NCBI GenBank assembly: GCA_002269645.1
Contig: NIVC01000424.1
Coordinates: forward strand, 62,001-126,000
DNA from: Macrostomum lignano
Taxonomy: Eukaryota
Length of the DNA stretch: 64,000 nt
Direction of reading: 5' to 3'
Positions 58,116 through 64,000 of the stretch are shown here, one piece after another; the stretch's first letter is position 1, and each line of letters begins with the position of its first letter. Under the pieces are notes generated by a model. It was not told the origin of the DNA. It searched no databases and saw nothing but the letters and a program-made list of their open reading frames with translations. The translations under genes were made by a program, and so were the position numbers.

Positions 58116-59514
58116 GACCACTGCATGTACCTGTATGTAAGCTAATACATGTATGTGCATGGTCCTTGTGTACAATTTGTACGCCGTCAAGCGGTAAACA
58201 AACAAACATACTGTATATCGACACTACACTATTGTTAGTAAAGCTTTAAGCTTTAATCAGTACATGTGTATTTCGATCTTAATCCATAAATTTAACAGAC
58301 TTTCATTATTCATGTAAGTGCCTACTGCAATGTTTTGTCGCAAAGTTGTTAATTCTCATTAGCAGCTGCAGCTTTTAATTAATAAAAATTCGAAACAAGA
58401 GGTTTAAACTGCATAGCCGAACTTCAAGACCTTGATCAGTACAATGAAATAATAATCACATGAGTAGATTCACATCCGCCGTTTTCTGGCAGTGCTCTTC
58501 ACTCAGTTATTAAATACTCAAGGGAAATCAAACAATCCCTCGTTTCCCCGAGGGAATGAAGAAGCTCTTGACGAAAAAAGAGCAGCAAATCAGAGGCGCA
58601 ATACAACAATCGCTAGCTACTACAGTGTTATTGCCCCATTGTTACAGAATCAAGGCTGCTCTGCACAATTAATTGTCTGAGAGCTGCTGGTGGGCTCAGA
58701 GTAAACCTTAAGCATCCATCTCTAGCCCCCATTGTTAAAATTATTCTCGGGGTACCATAATTGACGAAAAAATATTTGGGTAGAACAAATTCCGCCGAAT
58801 TCTCACGCGACACTTTCTCGCTAATTGATCCACTTCAAAGGCTCCGTCCGCTATAAATGGTTTTACGCGCGCGCCATTTTTCGATTGGCCATGCAATTGG
58901 GCACAAAAACTGATAAGAACAGTTCTCAGGAGGCGCGCATCTAGCACTCTATAACTGGTGGTGGGTGCTTTATATGGCTCAGGCGCAGTGGGGTGGTTGG
59001 TGCTTTATATGGCACCGATTAGCAATTTAATTAAGCTGTTCAAACTGGAAGTGACTGAAGATTAAATTTTCCTTAATTTCTTTGATGCGTTGTGTTGAAA
59101 TCCATTAAGAGAATTGAGCAGCCAGGTGAATGCATAGAAATTTATTGGTTTCAGCTGTTGTGTAGGATCAAAATTAGCACTTCGGATCGATGTTTTGATC
59201 AACTTTTGGAATTATGTTTTTTTTACCGCAAATCAGAAGTCAAGGACTTGTCAACTATGTGCACGCACTTGAATTTCATTGAAGACCTGACATTGGTCGA
59301 TAAATTGACTTCTGTGCGTTACGTAGGTAAGGGAGACTGTTAAAATTACGTACATATTACATTACATTAAATTAAATTACATAGGAATGAAGTTTTCCGG
59401 GAGTTTTGGCTGCAGAAGGCCCTCTATCAACCCCACAAAAAGCGTCTCCGCAAAAATTTCGTCGACCAAGAGACAGGGGCGCCCACCAAGAGGCCAAATA
59501 TTGGCGACAAATAT

Positions 59515-59975
59515 TATGTGTCGGTGATGGGAGAGCCTTATGTGTCGGTGATGGGAGAGCCTTATGTGTCGGTGATGGGAGAGCCTTATGTGTCGGTGAT
59601 GGGAGAGCCTTATGTGTCGGTGATGGGGAGCCTTATGTGTCGGTGATGGGAGCCTTATGTGTCGGTGATGGGGAGCCTTATGTGTCGATGATGGGAGCCT
59701 TATGTGTCGGTGATGGGAGCCTTATGTGTCGATGATGAGAGCCTTATGTGTCGGTAATGGGAGCTTAATGTGTCGGTGATGGGAGAGCCTTATGTGTCGG
59801 TGATGGGAGAGCCTTATGTGTCGGTGATGGGAGAGCCTTATGTGTCGGTGATGGGAGCTCTATGTGTCGGTGATGGGGGAGCCTTATGTGTCGGTGATGG
59901 AGTAACCTTATGTGTCGGTGATGGGGGCTTAATGTGTCGGTGATTGACGAGCATTATCGGTGATGGGGAGCCTTA
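59515..59975 (+). repeat. 22-24-bp minisatellite GAGCCTTATGTGTCGGTGATGGGA
   Basis: Direct observation. Confidence 0.93.
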
Positions 59976-60651
59976 AATGTATGTGTCGGTGCTGGCCATG
60001 GAGCTTTATTTTTGGTGTTGTGAGCTATAGAACTCAATCAAATATGAATAAAAAAGACCTGATTTAGACAGATGTCTGCATCAATGAAGCCCAAGAAAAT
60101 TACAATAAAAATTGCATTATTTTTATTTTTTACGCTGAGAGTATAGTTTCAATGTCTGGCGTAACTATGTGCAGTGTACGCTTTTTTAAGCTCCAAAAGT
60201 GTGACTAGTTTAACAAAACAAATGTTTTCATTAAGTACAAGTGAAGAAACGGCATGATAAAACTATAACACTGTAAAAGAACGGTGACCTGGACAAGCTA
60301 ATTGGGTGAAGCTTACAGTTGGAGAATGAATAGAACATTAGAAATTTACACAGGACAGGACAGTCAGCGAACCACATAGAGGTAGGCAGGTAGAAATAGG
60401 GCGGGCAGGCAGAGACAGACAGAAAGAGAGCAAATGAAAAGATTGTAAATGTCTAACAGGAAGATAAAAATAAAACCGATACATTACAACTACAACAGTA
60501 AGTAGTCTACAAATATGAAACAAAACAGTCTATTCTTATTTAATTTGTTGTCTTTCATGAAACTTTGTTTAATGTAAAAACATATTATACCTACAATTTT
60601 CGTGCACAACAGGTTATGCGGTGTGAAATTCTTAAAACTTATTTGTTTAAA

Positions 60652-63392
60652 TTACAGGTCAGTCAGCCTCTCCATCCAGTTGTGCGACTTGAAGAACTCT
60701 GGCACCTGTTGGTCCATGCGAGCGATCACCTTGTAGATTGGCTTTTTCCACGACTGCTCCTGGTCTTTGTTGGCTGACAGGGCTTTGAAAAACTCGCGCA
60801 GCGTAGCCTCAATGACCGTGCGAAAATGGGACGGCACCTGAAAATTACAAGAACGAGTTTTATCTAAGTTTGAGTGTCACTGGGTGTGCAGGTAGTCCCG
60901 GTCAGTGAAGAACCGGTCAGTGGAGTCCCGGTAACTTCTGACCAGTTCCTCTTGGACTAAAACAAAGCTAAAGCCATGCATTTGTAACAGTTGCTTCACT
61001 TGGACTCACCTCGATCTGGTTGTTCCTGTTGTAGTGCAGATTGAGCACTCGATAGATCTCCGAGTCGGCCGTCACAGTGATTCTCTCGGCCGATCTGACG
61101 CCCTCAACGATTGCCTGTCGAGCGTATTTCTCCATTTGAATGTAGAAAAACTCGCTGTGGAAAACGGGGACGCGGATGGGAGAAGAATTTTGTTATAGTT
61201 TCACATTCCAATAATTTCCCTGGGTTTGATTCCCAGCTTGCAATGGGGGTTTGTTGTCTGATTCACACCTGTTAGCACTAACCCCCCAAGGCACAGGCTG
61301 TGTGCCCTGCCTGAAGATGATCGGTGTCAGGGCAGCCGTACACCCCGTGAGAGCGTGTGAGAACTGTTTCTCACAGTCTGCCTATTAATTTGGATACTCA
61401 GGCGTCCATCTTCGATGGGTTCCTTTTTTCCTCGTCGATAATCATACTCAAGATTTAAATTTTGAGACCACGGACTAGCTAGCCGATACGTGAAATAAAG
61501 TTGCTTGGGGTTCTGATTCTCCCCGGGATGTGCTCTCTCTCTGGGGTATTTTACTTTGAGAAGGATCATTGAATTCAGCGTCGAGCCTCTTCAAACTACA
61601 GTTGACAAGATGGCCTAACTCCCCTGGGGGAATGCCAAACAAAATTCCATTTCTATTACAGTCCAGCCGCGGATTAATTGAGAATCTGGCCCGCCCCACC
61701 CTACAAAAACAAGTGAGCAGTATAAGACAAAATGGAAAAGAGAGACGGGTCCGAGTGAAAGTCCGTCAGAGACTGCTCCGGCGCGCAGGAGGCGGAAAAG
61801 GTTTCCTTGAAGGGTGTCGCTTTTAGAAAGTTGACAAGTTAATCCGGGAATCACGCGACATCAGGCCTTATCTACTCTGCTCCTGGCTATCTCTGTCTAT
61901 CCATCCTCTTCCACTCTTCTTCTCGTCTCTTTAAAAAGGACCGCCACCAGAGTTTCAGCTGCCCCCCTCCCCCCCGGGGCGTGTCGTCTTCTCCTGTCAG
62001 CTTTTCTCAATATATACGCAAGGGCCAGGGTCAACAGCCATGCGCGTCGGGGATTTCGGATTTCCATGCAAAGCTCCCCTTTTTCCCTTCTCGTGTATTC
62101 CGTGTATGTCGGCGGGAAAGAAAATTAGAGGGCTAGCAGAAGATCGTTCGATCAATTCGTTGGGGTGCTACAGCAGGGTCGCGGTGCTCCCGGGCGGTGG
62201 ATTTCTCGCAGCCTTGAGGCTTTTGACACGTCTCTCTAGTCTCTAAATCTTCTTCGGGGAAGTGACGTCTGCCGGGTGGATTTACAGCCCGCGATTTCCT
62301 TTTAAATCCATCCCATCGACACTGAGGCTCTCTAAGAATTCAAAAAGGCGACAAAGACGTCACCAGCTGTATAGTGTGCCAAACAGAGATCAAGATGTCA
62401 ACCTTGCAGGCTTTTCATTTCAAGCGCTGTTGCCTCTTGTGTAAACATTAACAGGCCAAAGTGGGTTGTCCTAGATAGTAGAATTTATTTTTCAAAAGAT
62501 GTGCGAAAAACTAACTTTGCGAGTGTAAAAAATGGATGGACCACCCGCTGTTCATGGAGGTCAGCCGGTGTTCACGGGAACGAAGATTTTCCATGCGCAG
62601 AATTCATAATTACAGTTGTCAATGATGATTGCACCGACGATTTTTAATAGTAGAAGAGAAGCATCTCCCAAGAGGGACTCCTTGCCGTCGGTTCTGTCCT
62701 AGCTTCTCATAGGAGGTTGGCATTCAAATTAAAACGCTCCCGCAGTTTGAGTAACTTAATTTTCTCCGCTCCCATATTTGAGTCGCCCCGTGCAGGCAGT
62801 AATAGTCGGTGCGGGTCACTTAAGACAACTCGGCAAACGAGAAAAAACTCCATTATAACCCCGCTTGGGCTTTCTAAATTCTACAACGGGCCAGCGCTCG
62901 TCAGAAATTCTGCCTCCAAAGATCGAAGCTATCAGCGGGCCGCTTTCTGAAGTCCCATGCAGCAGTCTCTTTGCGCATAATAATGATTTCAATGCGCATT
63001 AATATCGCAGAGGCTTTGATCTGTGACGAATTAGCCGTCTAAAACCTAATTACCGCATATTTTGCCAGCAGCGGAAGCTGTCGCTCTCCCCCAGGATCCG
63101 TTGGGAATATGTTTTTGAGGAAATTCTCCCCCCTCCCCATCCCGAAAGGAGAGTCGGAGTGAAGCTTAAACTGTGCATAAATTCAACGAACATCATTTGA
63201 CACAGTAGAGCGTACAAATACTTAATTATATACTTACCGAAAGTTTGAAAACCACTTTACTAATTGTGCGGTGTTGTTCTTGTTGAACTTCACGTCCGGG
63301 AAGTAGGCCTTCAGCACGGCCGAGCTGGGATAGCGATTGTAAAAGAACAGCAGCTTCGCTTTGCGCAGGTGGATCGGTGTCAGCGTGGTGGT
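60652..63392 (-). CDS. pros: Prospero/Prox homeobox transcription factor, last three exons (homeo-prospero domain); 5' part lies outside the window
   Basis: Exons 63392-63238 ([52 protein letters not shown]), 61154-61010 ([30 protein letters not shown]), 60837-60652 ([46 protein letters not shown]); phases 2 and 0 are consistent. Confidence 0.96.
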
Positions 63393-64000
63393 CTGAAGGC
63401 AAATTGACGTATGGAACAATTGTTTAAGAGAGTTTATCGAAATTGAGAGTCAACCTTTTCTTGGAGATTTGTTTTACTTTGATGCAAAGTAATCAAAAAG
63501 ATTTGAATATTTAGCAACGGATACTTAGAATACAGAACTACAGTCAGTGGCTGTTTGGGGTCTCAGCGAGCGTTACGCAATGTTGCGTTACGAACCAGTC
63601 GCTTTATACAGCGTTATGTGCTGGTGCGAATATGCGCGCTTCGCAAGACTCAGTTGATGTGTATAGCTAAAGTTTTTAATAGTCAACACACAATTTGTTG
63701 AGCGAAACCATTCGTCAAACCATTGACGAATGCCCCGAACGCAAAAATTTTGTATATAGCTATGCATTTCAGCGCAAATTAACTAGAAAGCAGAAAAGCA
63801 AGCGCTGCATGGTTGAAAGCAAAAAAAACTGACATCACTGCTGCAGGCGTATTTCTGTCGTTTACAAAGCGGTTCAGGGCCGCATTCAACCGGATATAAA
63901 CTTGAAATCCTCTCTTCTATGTTTTACTGCGCAATCCTCAGATTGCAGGCGAAAAGAATTTCCAAAAGAGCCAATTTTGTCCTCCTCAAGCTGGCAAATT

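Noticed and set aside
63505-63530. U12-like donor GTATCCGT on the minus strand upstream of the prospero exon
   Set aside because: One mismatch to the consensus, preceded by an in-frame TAA and with no coding exon upstream.

Overview
Eukaryotic (animal) genomic DNA with spliceosomal introns and very dense minisatellites; gene style and repeat load are compatible with a free-living flatworm such as Macrostomum (inference, not verified). 0-12 kb: five PAN/Apple + C-type lectin gene copies in alternating orientation (+,-,+,-,+); two look intact and three are disabled. The PAN core is nearly identical in all copies while the lectin C-terminus and flanks diverge. 16-50 kb, all on the minus strand: a 2-exon Toll-like LRR transmembrane gene without a TIR domain, a 3-exon PXYLP1-like histidine phosphatase, an orphan ORF, and two tandem alanine aminotransferase (GPT) paralogues with patchy gene-conversion tracts and different intron counts. 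49.4-55 kb: a sharply bounded, nearly CpG-free domain. 56-58 kb: a small internally deleted Gypsy-type LTR element. 60-64 kb: the last three exons of a prospero/Prox homeobox gene. Also present: a tRNA-derived SINE family (3 copies), several hAT-like MITEs with 8-bp TSDs, LINE remnants and about 20 tandem arrays covering roughly a fifth to a quarter of the window. No rRNA, tRNA or CRISPR found. All comparisons were made by eye, so identities are approximate.
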